This document shows positions 24,879 to 38,239 of a stretch of 64,000 nucleotides of DNA, in pieces (within the stretch, counting starts at the first letter, position 1; every line of letters begins with the position of its first letter). Source of the DNA: Felis catus (taxonomy: Eukaryota); assembly GCF_018350175.1 (NCBI RefSeq), contig NC_058368.1:135348001-135412000 (forward strand), written 5' to 3'. The position numbers and the translations under genes are program-made. Below the pieces are notes generated by a model. It was not told where the DNA came from. It ran no database searches and saw only the letters and a list, made by a program, of their open reading frames with translations.

Positions 24879-25689
24879 TTGCCCACATTTGCAGGACAGT
24901 TCTCCTTTCCTTAATACCCCAAGCATGAGAGTGTGAATACTTCTCACCCAGTTTCTCCACAGGCAATTAAAAAAGTTCCCAAAGGCATCACCTGCCGGGG
25001 CTGAGTCCCAGTTGAACTATGACTGCCCCGGAGGAAAACAGGGCAAGCAAAAACACTGAAACTTTGTAAAATCAGCTTGTGTCAAGTTGCCCTGGTACCA
25101 GAGCTGGTGTGTATAATCCTCTCCTGGCTGAGCTAATTGGCTTAGCTCACTGATGATTTTATAGCCCCAGAAGCCGTTCTCTGATTGCAAGAATGAGAGT
25201 TGCCAAATGATCTTAAACCACAGCACAGACGGGCCCAGTGCCATCAGAAGAATATTTGGGGAAAGAGCTATTTTAAACAAATGCTCCTCTGGGTATAAGG
25301 ATACTTTTCTGTCTAGACTCCTGCTAACACCTGTTGCTCACTCATCCTGCCCCCAGACCACCTCCCCCTTGACATCACCGTGGCCAAGACAAACCATGGC
25401 CACCCGACAGAGCCCAGAGATGTGACCACGTGAACAGCAGACCCAGGCAGCCCAGGCATCACATGCTCTGGCAAAGACAGGCCCAGACAGCTCTGCTGCC
25501 AGGTGTCCAGGAGCCATTTACGGGCAGACAGCATACCTGGCAAGACATTACTTTAAACTTTCAGGTGGCCGGGGAGAGGAGCCTTCTTCTTGAGTGCATC
25601 ACAGCTTTGGCTGTGGCACCAAGCACATCGAAAGAGAGAATGGCAACACACTTGTCCAGACCAGTACACCCCTTCATACCTAAGTCCCC

Positions 25690-25850
25690 CTTCCGCATCC
25701 CCAGTAGGTGGCTGTCTAGCCTATCCTTGAATCCTTCCGGTGACCAGGAAGCTCACTACCTCATGGAACAGCTCACTTTATTTGAGAGCAGTCTTCCTTA
25801 CACCGAGCTGAATCCCTTCCTGTAGCCTATCCTCCCCCTGTTACACTTTA
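25690..25850 (-). mobile_element. CR1/L3 3' fragment
   Basis: CTAGCCTATCCTTGAATCCTTCCGGTGACCAGGAAGCTCACTACCTC resembles antisense L3 3' end. Confidence 0.6.
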
Positions 25851-26794
25851 GAAAGTTACATAGAAAAAGTCTCATCTCTCTCTCATGCAATTAAAATCAA
25901 CATAGGTTTCTGCACTAGGCACATAAAACAGTTCAGATATATAGGGTAAGCACGTACTAGAATCCTGGGGAAATTTGCCAATTCCTTGTAGCTTCGAGCC
26001 TGGATTTTAACAAAAGGGTAAGGCTGGGCTTATGTAGGGTTAGATCAGATCTGAGATTACTGCATAAAGTCAGGATTCCAAAAGGGTAGTCCTCAGGAAA
26101 AAAAGAAAAGAATGACAGAAGTTAGCACCAAAAAGATAATGGGTAACTCGAACTAGATTCTGGATGGAACAGAAAAAAAATTATTTCCCCAATAACACCC
26201 TCAATGCAAGTTCACATTCTCTGAAACAAATATTCATACTATATGTAGGCTGAAAAACTTAAGTTGAATGTCTTCACTTTAATGTCTTGAGTTAGTTGCA
26301 CAAAATCAAAGCACATCCTCTCTGAAAGAACACACTTTAAACTCAAGCCTCAGGATTTATCACAAAGTTTCCAGAAACAACAGCTCAAAATAGAAAATCA
26401 TCAAACATACAAGGAAACAAGCTACTATGATAAAGAATCAGAAGAAAAACTGCTGAATCAGAAGCATATACATCACAGATATTATCACGATCAGAAAGAG
26501 AATACTAAATAATTTATTGAATGTGTTTAAAGAAATTTTTTAATGTTTTGAGAACATGACAAAGGAAAAAGAAAGTTTATCAAACCTAATAGTTTAGATT
26601 GGAAAAATAGAAAATAGAACCCTTACAAATAAAAGAATACAAAAATTGAAATTATAAATTCAGTTGATGAATGAAACTATATAAAATGGAAAGAGAAGAA
26701 ATATATTTAAAATATAGGTTGGAAAAACACACAAAACACAATATGGAGATACAGAGATGAAAAAACTGCAAGAGGTTAAAAGATACAGAAGAGA

Positions 26795-26923
26795 GGGGCA
26801 CCTGGGTGGCTCAGTCGGTTGAGCGTCGGGCTCTTGATTTTGGCTCAGGTCATGATCCCAGGGTCATAGGATTGAGCCCCACATCAGGCTCCCTCCCTTA
26901 CTCATACACATGCATGTATCCTT

Positions 26924-26972
<49 letters not shown>

Positions 26973-26993
26973 TCTAAAATTTGAAGAAAACAA
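26795..26993 (+). mobile_element. Can-SINE with altered middle segment
   Basis: 5' body and (CT)n; TSD AAAAGATACA. Confidence 0.9.
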
Positions 26994-27999
26994 AAAGATA
27001 CAAAGCATAGACTGAGAAGGTCTAATACATGTCTAATCTGAGGTCTAAAACAAGATAACAGAATGAGGTAGAAGCAATATGACTGTTTCTCCAGGGAAAA
27101 ATCCACAGATTCAGGAAGTACAACAAAGCCCAATGGAGATAAGAAAGAAAAAAGGAAAAAACCAAACCTTGACCCATTACAGTGCATCTGTAAATATTAA
27201 AAGCAAAGAGATCTTTAAAACAAGCAGCGAGAAAAAAAAGATTACCTATAAATAATTTAAATTACACTGACAGCTGATTTCTCAATTGCAACAACATAAG
27301 CCAGAAACCAATGAAAATGATAACCTTAAAGTGCGGAGAGAAAATAAATGTCAAACTAGTATTCTCTACCAAATGAAATTTACTTTAAAGACTAAGAGTG
27401 TAATAAAGACATTTTCAAAAACAATCAAAACTAACGGTATGCTACTAACAGAAACCCACTAGAGAATCTTCTAAAAGATGTCTTTAAGAAAGAAAATTAT
27501 CCTAAAAAGTAGAGCTTAGAGGCAAGAAGGACTGGAGAACAAAGTAAATGCTAGTAAACATGCAGTAAACATAAATAAACATTAATTATATAAATAATAA
27601 CAATTGTAGTCATTTGAGAGGCTAAAAGATCAATGTAGAACTAAAACAGTAAGTCACAGCAATAATTTATAATAAAAGAGAGAGAAGAAGACTTAAGGCA
27701 TTGATTTCTTATATTATATACAAGGAGAATAAAGATAGTAATTATCTTTAGACACTGTTAAATGAAATATATATGTTAAATTTTCTAAGGTAACCATTAA
27801 AGTCCCTGAAATAGAGTCTATAATTTCCAAACTACTGTAGAAAAATAGGGCAACTGGTGTTAATCAAGACAAAAGGAAATAAACATTGAAAACATGGGTG
27901 GGAAGCATATAATAAGATAAAAACAAACCCAAATCAAACAGTAATCATGATTTAAGGTAAACAGATTAAGTTCTCCAATTAGAAGTAAATATGGTCAGT

Positions 28000-28219
28000 T
28001 TTATTTATTTTTTTAAACTTTTTTTATTTGTTTTTGAGACAGAGAAAGACAGAGCATGAACGGGGGAGGGTCAGAAAGAGGGAGACACAGAATCCGAAAC
28101 AGGCTCCAGGCTCTGAGCTGTCAGCACAGAGCCCGACACGGGGCTCGAACTCACGGACTGCGAGATCATGACCCGAACCAAAGTTGGCTGCTTCACCGAC
28201 TGAGCCACCCAGGTGCCCC
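28000..28219 (-). mobile_element. Can-SINE
   Basis: TSD TGGTCAGTTTTA on both sides. Confidence 0.96.
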
Positions 28220-28654
28220 TGGTCAGTTTTAAATCAAGGTATATACTAACTATAAAAAAACAGAAAATGATAAAAAATAAGAATGCAGAAACAGTGAAAG
28301 GAAAAAGATAAAATATGCCAAGTAAATACTAATTAAAATAAAGATGAGATAATCTTATCAGACAAAATACATTTTAAGTCAAAAAAAAAAAAAGAATTAT
28401 TCATTACAAAGGTATAAAATCCATGATATAAGATGTAAGGCAAAGATACAAGGCAAAAGTTAAAGAAACCATAAAAGCTGACAATTTCACTATTATAGAG
28501 GGAAACTATATACACCTCTCAGGGACTGACAGATCAAACAGACAAAAATATTACAAAGGATATATGGATTTTCCCACTAAACATCTATTCTAATCAAACT
28601 TTAGTATTTCTTCCTATACTGTGAAGCTAGAAACCTAAAACTACACTTCCCAGA

Positions 28655-28785
28655 TTCACATGTATGACCCAGTTTTTCTGGGACAATTCTGGTCTATGCC
28701 CACTTCCCTGGCATAATTATTAAAAGCACCCCCTTCTACCCTGAAAAGTGTCTGTCGTGGATAATAAGTTATACTATTACGCTAC
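28655..28785. mobile_element. MER94-like hAT-Blackjack fossil
   Basis: CTGGCATAATTATTAAAAGCACCCCCTT..AAAAGTGTC. Confidence 0.55.
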
Positions 28786-29004
28786 TTATATGTAAAACAC
28801 CATAAAAACAAAAGTTTCCTTCAAGCATGCTGAATTGGTGACTCAAATATCAAAAGCCACATTACATTCAGAGATGTAATTTTTCCAAAGAGGTGAACAA
28901 CACTTTTGGACAAAACAGGATACAGTCTCCTTGAATTTACATGATATGACATTCTTGGAAAATTCAGTGCATAACAAAAGACAAAGTCACTTTAGAAAGT
29001 CATG

Positions 29005-29170
29005 CAGGATGTGGGACAATTCTTCACTGTATGAGGCTGTTTTACACATTTCAGCACATTAAACATTTACTACTTCCGGCCCACTAAGTGCCAGTTGTGC
29101 ATCCCCCGATTACTGTAACAAAATGAAAATACTCCCAACATGGTGGCTTCACCCCAGTTCAGTACCATTG
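29005..29170. mobile_element. MER20-like hAT-Charlie fragment
   Basis: GGGACAATTCTTCACTGT..CCCACTAAGTGCCAGT..CACCCCAGTTCAGTACCATTG. Confidence 0.55.
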
Positions 29171-29421
29171 AGTGCGGATGGCGGAGGCAACTAAGAGGCC
29201 ATTTCACTTCTTCACGCGAACATCAAGAGCCTGAATAATACGCCATGGGCTCTGAAACCTTGCAGTACATACTCTTTTCCTAGAGGTAAAGTACCTCCTC
29301 TCAGGCTCCAGAGTAAGTTAGACAGTGGCTATGGGCCTGAACTTACCATCTCTCTACCCTATAAGACATTTCCAAAAATTATCTTTAAAAAAAAAAAAAA
29401 GTGAACTGTTTTAGACAGTTT

Positions 29422-29641
29422 TAATTTTTTTTTTCAACGTTTATTTATTTATTTTTGGGACAGAGAGAGACAGAGCATGAATGGGGGAGGGGCAGAGAGA
29501 GAGGGAGACACAGAATCGGAAACACGCTCCAGGCTCTGAGCCATCAGCCCAGAGCCTGACGCGGGGCTCGAACTCACGGACCGCGAGATCGTGACCTGGC
29601 TGAAGTCGGACGCTTAACCGACTGCGCCACCCAGGCGCCCC
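29422..29641 (-). mobile_element. Young Can-SINE (SINEC_Fc-like)
   Basis: CpG-intact; TSD TAGACAGTTTTAA. Confidence 0.97.
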
Positions 29642-29805
29642 TAGACAGTTTTAAATTGACAGAAAACAACTCTAAAGATAGTTCCCATATACCCTACACC
29701 AAATTTCCCCTATTATTAACATCTTACATTAGTATGGTACATTTGTTATAATAAACCAATACTGATATATAAAATATTGATACATAATTTTATAACACTA
29801 CACAA

Positions 29806-29846
<41 letters not shown>
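29806..29846. repeat. (TTA)n microsatellite
   Basis: Directly visible. Confidence 0.95.
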
Positions 29847-29847
<1 letters not shown>

Positions 29848-31930
29848 TAACTAAAGTCCATACTTTATTCTTTTCTCTGTTCCAGGATCCCATCGAAGAC
29901 ACCACATTATATCTAAGAGTCATACCTCCTCAGACTCCTCTTGGTTTTGACAGTTTTTCGTACTTTCCTTATTTTTGATGACCTTAACAGCTTTGCAGAG
30001 TCCTAGCAGGTATTTTATAGAATGTCCTTCATTTTGAGATCTGTCTCATAATTAGACTGTAGATATATGTTCTTGAGAGGAAGACCCCACAGATAAAGTA
30101 CCATTTTAATCATATCATACCAAGGATAACTGCTCTCAACATAACTTATCATTATTGATGTTAATCTTGATCACCTGGCTCGGGTCATATTTGTCAGATT
30201 TCTCTACTGTGGAATTACAAATTATTCTCCTCTTCCATATTGTACTTTTTGGAATGCATAGCTCACACTTGAGTGTGGGGAGTTATGTTCACCCTCCTTG
30301 AGATCAGAGTATCTACATAAATTATTTGGAATTCTCCTACATGGAAAATTTCCACTCCCTCCCATTTATGTATATATTCAATTATTTATTTAGATCAGTA
30401 TGAACTCATGGATATTTATTTCATATTTTAGGTTATGATCCAAAAATATTTTATTTATCTTGTTTCTCAAATTGTTCCAGCTTTTGCCATTGAAAGCTTT
30501 TTCCCTTGTCTCCTGTGTCCTTTTTATACACACCCTGATTATTGTGGGGGACTTGGAGTTTGGGGCATGGCTTTTTTTAAGGTCCTTACTTTCTGATACT
30601 ACAAGATGCTCCAGGATCATCTTGTGTGTATCCTGCACCACTCCTAGGTGCTATTTCTTCATTTCACTTATTGGAGAATTGAAGAATGATGTTATAAGCA
30701 AGATATGGTTCCTATCTGTTCTGCTTGCTATGGGGGGTAATGGTGCTTACAGCTTCTTCAGCTGACAGAGCAACAAAATACATGTGCCTGTACTAACCCA
30801 GGTATATAATCATATCTATAAATATTTCTACACTTAACCATATATCAGCCTAAACATATTAGGCTATGAGTTCATACTGATATCTCCAAATCTCCTCCTA
30901 TAAGCGTTAATCTAACATCTCCTTGTTTATCTGTAACCCCCATTCCAACACTGAGGAACCTGGCCCCCACCATCCATCATCCATTTACTTGATCATTTAA
31001 TCCCATTACACATTCTAGCAGAATCAGAATTGTTAATTCACGTTCCCATTGGAAACATTATCAGCCAGAGTACAGTGCTTATATACACTTCATTTGCCTT
31101 TAGTCCTACAGACCACACCATTCCCAAAGTTACTTAAGTCAGCACCTTTCCCTCCACCCCAACCCAGTGAGGTTCTTTCATACATCTGTTATGTAGCTGG
31201 ATTGTTTTGTCACATTCTCCATGCCATCCTGAGATCCCCTGACTTCCTAAATTATTTCTTTATTTTAATACATCAAGGTTTACTCTTTGTACTTTAAAGT
31301 TCCATAGGTTTTAACAAACGCATATTGTCATGAATTCACTATTACAGTAACCAGTGGAACAGCTGGAACCATCCTTAAAAACTCCCCTGTGATTCGCTCA
31401 TTCAACCCTCCCTCTCCACCCCTAAATCCTTGGAAACCACTGATGTTTTTTCCAACCCTATCATTTACCTTTTCCAGAATATCATATCATTGGAATCATA
31501 CCATATGTAGCCTTTTTAGACTGACTTCTTTCGTTGGCAATATACATTTATGATTCATGCACATCTTTTCATAACATGATAGCTCATTTCTTTTATCACT
31601 GAATAATATTGCATTGTATGAATATAACACAGTCTGTTCACCTATTCACCTACCGAAGGACATTTTGGTTATTTCCAGTTAGAAGTGATTATGAATAAAG
31701 CTGTTAAAAACATTCGTATACAGGTTTTTGTGAGGGCATAAGGTTTAAATCAGTTGGGTAAATACCTACAAGCATGCTTGCTGGATCACATGGCAAGACT
31801 ATAATTAAATTTGTAAGAAATTGTCATTCTAGTTTCCAAAGTGGCTGTATCATTTTGCAATGAATAAGAGTTCCTTGTGCTCTGCATCCTTGTCAGCAAT
31901 TGGTGTTATTAGAATGGTCAAAATTGCAGC

Positions 31931-32093
31931 CAAAGCATAAGAGACTCTTAAAAACTGAGAACAAACTGAGGGTTGATGGGGGGTGGGAGGGAGGAGAGGG
32001 TGGGTGATGGGTATTGAGGAGGGCACCTTTTGGGATGAGCACTGGGTGTTGTATGGAAACCAATTTGTCAATAAATTTCATATAAAAAAAAAA
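31931..32093 (+). mobile_element. Young feline L1 3' terminal fragment nested in the old L1
   Basis: CATAAGAGACTCTTAAAAACTGAGAAC..AATAAATTTCATATAAAAAAAAAA; AAAATTG on both flanks. Confidence 0.93.
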
Positions 32094-33064
32094 TTGAAAA
32101 AACTGACAGGTGTGGACTGCTATCTCATCGCTGTCTTAATTTACAATTTCCTAATGACAAATGATGTCTAACATCTTTTTATAGGCTTAAAATCTATACT
32201 TTTTTGGTGAAGTATCTGTCAGAACTTACTTCCATTTTTTTCAATTGGATTACTTTCTTACTGTTGAGTGTTAAGAGTTTTTGCATATTTTGGATACAAG
32301 TCCTTTATAAGATACGTGTTTTGAAAGTATTTCCTGCCAATCTATGACTTGTCTTCTCATTCTCTTAATAGCATCTTTCACAGAGCAGAATTATTGATTT
32401 TAATAAAATTCAAATTGTCATTTTTTTCCTTCATGGATTGTTTTGGTGTTGTATCTAAAAACTAAGAGCCAAACACAAAGTTACCTAGATTTTCCTCCCA
32501 TTCTTTTTCCAGAAGTTTTATAGCACTGCAATTTACACTTGGGTCTATGATACATTTTGAGTTAATTTTTGTGAAAGGTATAAGATCTGTGTATAGCTTC
32601 ATATTTTTACATATGGACATCCAATTGTTCTAACACCATCTGTTGCAAATACTATCTTTTCTACATTAAATTGCCTTTGTTTCTTTGTTAAAGATCAGTT
32701 GACTATATTTGTTTTGATCTATTCTGGGCTCTTGTCTGCTCCATCGATCTCTGTATCTATTCTTCAGTACTGTGTTGGCTGTTCCATATAAACTTTAGAA
32801 CCAGTTTGTTAATATTTACAAAATAACTTGCTGGGATTTTGATTGAGATTATTTTGAATCTAAAGCAAACTGGAAACAAACGATGTCTTAACAATACTGA
32901 ATCTTCCATGAACACAGAATATCTCTACATTTATTTAGATGTTTGTTTTTTTAATCAGTTTTGTTGTGTTCTGAATACAGTTCCTATATGTTTTGTTGGA
33001 TTTATGCCTAAGAAATTTTTGCTGCTATAAATGATATTTATAATTTCAAATTCAAATGCATTTG

Positions 33065-33135
33065 AATGCATTTAGGTATGCAAGTACCAATGCATTTAGG
33101 TATGCAAGTACCAAATGCATTTAGGTATGCAAGTA
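33065..33135. repeat. 3x tandem repeat of AATGCATTTAGGTATGCAAGTA (24-25 nt period)
   Basis: Units start at 33065, 33089 and 33114. Confidence 0.95.
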
Positions 33136-33293
33136 ACTTATAATAGAGTATTCCTAATTCCTCCCTCCTATCTCTTAAGACAGTGCTGTCATTCATTTCA
33201 TTTATCAATATGATTATAATCACCCAATAGACTGTTGCTATGAATATTTTAAACACATAGGTACCTTTTGGATCAATTAAGAATAAGAGAAAT

Positions 33294-33540
33294 AGGGGCG
33301 CCTGGGTGGCTCATTTGGTTGACTGTCCAGCTCTTGATTTCGGCACAGGTCATGATCTCATGGTTTGTGGTATCAAGCCCCACATCAGCCTCTGTGCTGA
33401 CAGCACAGAGCCTGCTTGGGATTCTCTCTCTCCCTCTCTCTCTCTCTGCCCCTTCCCTATTCATTCTCCTCTCTCTCTCTCTCTCCCTCTCTCTCTCTCA
33501 AAATGAATACACTTTTTTAAAAATAATAAAATAAAAAATA
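33294..33540 (+). mobile_element. Can-SINE
   Basis: GGGGCGCCTGGGTGGCTC start, CT tract, tail. Confidence 0.94.
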
Positions 33541-35394
33541 TTTATTCCTTTTCCAACATCCTTTCTTTATATAGATCTGAGCTTCTAACCTATTTCATTT
33601 TCCTTCTACTTGCAGAACTTCTTTTAACACTTCTTACAAAGATCTGGTCATCATAAGTTTCTTTAAATCAGAAAATGTCTTTATTTCTTCTTCACTTTTG
33701 AAGGATAATTTCAGTGTATATAGAATTCTAGGTTGGTAGCGCTGTTGTTTACACTTTAGATATTTCATTCCACTCTCTTCTTGCTTGCATGGTTACTGAT
33801 GAGTTCACTGTAGTTCTTATCCTTGTTCGCTTCAAGTAAGATATCCTTTCCTCTGGCTTCATTCAAGATGTTTTCTTTGTCTTTGATGTTCTGCAGTTTG
33901 AATATGATATGCAAAGTAGGTATTTTTTCTGCTGGTGTCTTCTGAGCTTCTTGGATCTGTTCTTTGATGGCTGTCATTATGTTTGGAAAGTTCATGGCCA
34001 TTATTTCTTCTGTTCTGTTCTCTCTTTCTTCTTCTGGTATTTCAATTATACATATGTTACACCTTTTGAAATTATGCCTACAATTCTTAGATGATAAGTT
34101 CTATTTTTTTGTGGCAATTTTCTTCCATTCTTTTTTAATTTGCATTTCATTTTAGGAAGTTTCTACTGACCTATCTTCAAGGTCAATGATTTTTTTCTTT
34201 GGTTGTGTCCAGTCTACTAACGAGGCCACCAAAGAAAGTCTTCATCTCTGCTACACTGTTTTTTTTTATTTCTAGCATTTCCTTTAACCCTTTCCCAGAA
34301 TTTCTATTTCCCTGCTTACATTATTCACATGTTCTTGCATGCTCTCTACTTTTTTTCCATTAGAGCTCTTAACTTATGAATCATAGTTATTACTTTAAAA
34401 TCTGTATCTGATGATTCCACCATCTGTCACATCTAAGTCTGGTCCTGATGCTTGCTTTGTGTCTTCAGACTATTTTATTCTTGTCTTTGGCAAGTCTTGT
34501 GGCAAAGTATGAGAGAAAAATATCATCCTATCATCAAATGATCAAATCTCAATCTTTTAATGGGCCTGTATCTCTGAACTGTGACCTTCACAAATGTTTC
34601 TTCCAGCTTCTCTCCACATTCCCTACATAAAGGATGGCCTGAAGGAGCTGGAGAAAAAAGAATGCCCTTTCCACAGGGAGATAAGGCTTTGGCAAAGTAT
34701 TTTCCCATGGAGAATAGGCTTTTGTTAGGGAACATACTCTTGGCATATCACAGTAATTAATCTTCCCCTCCCTCTGCCAAAGCCACATAGGATCTTTCTT
34801 GGATCTTCACCATGAGAACCTGGTGGTATTCCTGAAGGTAAAATCCACAAAAGAGTGAGGTTCTCCCCAAGACCACAACACAAGGAGTTTCTCACACTCA
34901 GGCTAGCCCACACTCAGCTCCCAGAAATTCATGAAAATTACCACTTAATTTCCAAAATCTCCAGCAGCTTCTACCCCTGATATGTAGATCTCAGCTGTGG
35001 CTCTTTTGATTCACCTGTCTCTCCAGACTTCACGGTGATAATTTCTCCTGTAACTTCATTCCTGTCATGGGTATGAGAAAAATCACTAATACTCAGTTTG
35101 TTTGTTTTCTTATAAGAATAGGAGTGATGACTTCTAATCAAAGAGGTTTCAGGGCTGAAACTGAAAGTCTAAAAATCATCTATTTTAATTAGAAAAAAAT
35201 GTAAGCAAAATTGGCAAAATGTGGTAGTTGTTAAAGCTGAGGATAGATTTATAGTTCTTTATAAAATCTCTACTTTTAATTGTAGAAAAATTTGACAATT
35301 TCCATAACAAAAAGGTTTGTTTTTAATAAAAATTATTGTTAAGTATCTGAAACAGGTCGGCTTTAATTAATAGGGATAGGGAGGAAAAAATCAG

Positions 35395-35650
35395 TGATTA
35401 GTCAACAATATTTATTAAATGTCTACTATGTGCCAAGAACTGTGCTAATTGGAATAAAATTATGAAGACTATTGTTTCCTGCCCTCAAGGAATTTTGGAA
35501 AGGTTGGCATTAAATAAGTAATAATGAACTAATAACTTGTGCTAAGGTCTATAAAGCTGATTTGTTTTTGATGGTGCTGTGGGAACAGATAACAGAGAAC
35601 ATAGAATCTAACCTGGTCTGGAGAGTCAGGGAAGATCATCTCAAAGACTA
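35395..35650 (-). mobile_element. L2 3' end
   Basis: TCAACAATATTTATTAAATGTCTACTATGTGCCAAG..CCTGCCCTCAAGGA. Confidence 0.8.
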
Positions 35651-36039
35651 TCATAAAATATGGCTGCAGGAAGAACCTCCATGCTGTGCCTAACTCCAGG
35701 ACACCCAGCAGCGTGCATCAACGATAAAACCTGAAGTTAGACAGGACCCAATGGTTGGCCTCCACGGGTTGGACATAATGATGATAATATTAAAGAGTGA
35801 GAATGTTTCAGAAGCAAACAAGCTTTCCATAGGTTGGAATCCCAGGCAACCTCTTAGATCTCTAACCACCTGAATTTATGGTGGACAATCAGTGAGATTT
35901 TCACAATTCATTCTTGCCTTCTATAAATACTAACTTTTTCATGAGCCTTCCTTCCTTACACATTCAAATTCTCTTTAGATACCAGTCAGCTCTGGATTAA
36001 CTTGTAGTTTTATTCCTGGAATAATCCCATAGAAGGAGG

Positions 36040-36275
36040 ATTGAGGCTTCATGCTAGAGCTAAGGAAACAGGAGCTAGGCAATGAGAAAACATTGAAATT
36101 TCAGAGTTCTGTGCTCAGATATGCTATGGCTGCAACACATAAATTAATGCAAGTTACATGTCTTTTGGGTGTAACATTTTCCCAGCTGAGAAAAATGAAA
36201 TTATGCCACTTACCAACTCTAGTGCAGACTATTATTAAGCAAGTTAAACAATTATGCCTATAGAAGTGCTTTCTA
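36040..36275 (+). mobile_element. Degenerate MIR
   Basis: TTTCCCAGCTGAGAAAAATG core-like segment. Confidence 0.5.
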
Positions 36276-36675
36276 TTGATTTATTATATGGCTAATGGTA
36301 ATTTATGATGGTAATTATTAAAACATAAATTGATCGCAACATTTACAGCAACATCAAAACCTCCCAAATTATTATTATCAATTTATAATTTTTGAATAAC
36401 AGCAATCAATCGTTATTATTGTGGTTAAATGATAATGATTTATAATATGGTATCATATGTTTGCTCCAAATATTAAGAGAAGCACTAATCTCTTATGGTG
36501 AAAATAATAACACTAATAATGATAGAGTGATGACTGCTAATCATTTCCCATTATTAGTATTAAAATGTCTAAATCATCAAAAAATCTAAGGAAATAAGAT
36601 ATAGCAGAGGCATATGGCCAAAAAAGTGATGTATTTTCACCAAGTTGAACAAATCAGGAATGGAGGCCAGAGGTC

Positions 36676-36853
36676 TACACCACCAGCTGCCCATTAGAAA
36701 AGATAGGGGACTTTCTAAAAAGTATCAGTGCCCAGGCCCCACCTGCACCCCACTCCCCCAAGGGAATCTGATTTAATCCACCTGGGTGTGGCCAGTGTTT
36801 CGAAGGTTCCCTGAGAAATTCTAACGGGCAGCCAGAGTTGAGAACCACTGCTC
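36676..36853. mobile_element. MER5-like hAT-Charlie
   Basis: GTGCCCAGGCCCCACC..TCTGATTTAAT..GCAGCCAGAGTTGAGAACCACTG. Confidence 0.8.
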
Positions 36854-37071
36854 CAGATGTTTGATTTTCATGCCTGAGAATATAGATGAATTTGCTCCTA
36901 GGGGCACATTGAATTTGGAAACCTACTTGCCCAACCTCTGTCAATCAATGCTGTGTATAGCAGAGGAATGAGTTGTTAGTTTTAGTTGTCAGGGAATTTT
37001 CTTCATGGAAGAAAAGTACATTAAAATACCAAATTACAGTATTTACATATTTCATGTTTTTTTCCAACTGC

Positions 37072-37085
37072 GTTCCCATAGCAAC
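37072..37085. promoter_or_regulatory. RFX X-box motif match
   Basis: GTTCCCATAGCAAC fits GTYNCC-AT-RGNAAC and lies in non-repeat DNA; function not shown. Confidence 0.4.
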
Positions 37086-38239
37086 TAAATCCATTTGCTC
37101 CCTACTTTCTTCTGAGTTATTTTCCATCATGAGCCATGCTTTATTAGAGAGGCAAACAGTTTGCCCTCTGAAATGACTGTTTTGCTGTTTACTGTTTCTT
37201 TGCCAGAGAACTCAACTCGAGTTACATCATCCTTACTCCTGCGCTACCCGAATTCAATAAAGTTAGCTTTGCTGGTTTGGGAAGAGATAGTGACTCTGAC
37301 CCCTTTCCTCCATCTGGAGGAATCCCTGCGTTTTTCTTCCAATGAGCTGGCCAAGAAAAGGCAAGTGGAGTGGAAGGCTTCCCTCAGGGAACCTGGGAGT
37401 GGGGAAAGAATGCAAGCGAGGAATCGATTAAATCCCAAACAGTGACCAATTAACCTAAATCAGCAGCGGATGAAGGATAACCCAGCTCCTTGGGATCTCA
37501 CTGGGTTTGGTCAGGCAGGGGCACTGGCAGAAAGGCATTATGGTTGCAGATGGCCACCTGCTAGCAAGCAGGAAGAGAGTGGGTCCCGCTCCAGTCATGA
37601 AAGAATTAACTGAATACCCTGAGAGGAGGCCCAAAGGAGTCATAGGACACTAACATTTCTTTGAGATTTCACCCAGACTTGGCAGACTGACTGCAGGGAC
37701 TGTTCACTTAAAATGATGACATTTCACTTGCTAATGGGGCTCTGCTTTGCAAGGGGACAGGGATGACAAAGAAGACAGCAGGAGGGAGGCATGAGGCTCA
37801 AAGCTTCAGGGCAGCTCCCCTGGCTGACGCCTAATGCCAGTATGGACCTGGGCTGCCAGTACCAGGGGAGAGACAAATGAGTGGCACCAGAGACTAGCCA
37901 ATGCTTCCACACTGTCTATTCTCACTTGCTGACTCAGAAGCCTCCTTCTGTGCTAGCTGCACTAATGAAGAAGACTGGCTTCCTCGTCTCTCCCAGACTC
38001 TACATAAAATCCAGACCTGTGGTGCAATTGCCCCCGGGGCAAGGGTGCTGGTACCCCATGCAGCATCTCAGAATGCAGCAACAGAAATCACACAGAACGA
38101 GTTTCCCTCCCACCTGTATGATCTGGGTGTAACTTACATACGTGCATTAGTTACACTGCTTACTGCCAGGCTCTAGGTGTCCGAGATAAAGTCCTTCAGG
38201 ACCCTTCAACCAACATCATTTATTCAAGAATAACCCCCA

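Larger units (their letters stand above)
26330..28570 (+). mobile_element. Old L1 ORF1 / start-of-ORF2 region
   Basis: A-rich; GAGAAGGTCTAATACATGTCTAAT, CTGACAGCTGATTTCTCA, TACACCTCTCAG..GACAGATCAAACAGACAAAAA. Confidence 0.75.
29642..35170 (-). mobile_element. Large old L1 (L1MC/MD-like): 3'UTR, ORF2 end, internal deletion, ORF1/5' region
   Basis: 3'UTR TATTAACATCTTACATTAGTATGG; antisense ORF2 motifs 31500-33050; ORF1-like remnant IQEAQKTP..HIIFKLQNIKDKENIL at 33765-34001. Confidence 0.85.

Noticed and set aside
24595..24966. ORFs with poly-Leu/poly-Phe runs resembling membrane proteins
   Set aside because: They are translations of the GAA/GAAA microsatellite and SINE.
25701..25714. CTCF-like motif CCAGTAGGTGGCTG
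   Set aside because: Single imperfect match at the edge of a CR1/L3 fragment with no other support.
33065..33135. Tandem repeat as a CRISPR-like array
   Set aside because: No unique spacers, eukaryotic context and no cas genes.
37237..37346. Possible minus-strand exon (HWKKNAGIPPDGGKGSESL...)
   Set aside because: Weak donor (GGA|GTAAGG), unrecognised peptide and no compatible neighbouring exon found.
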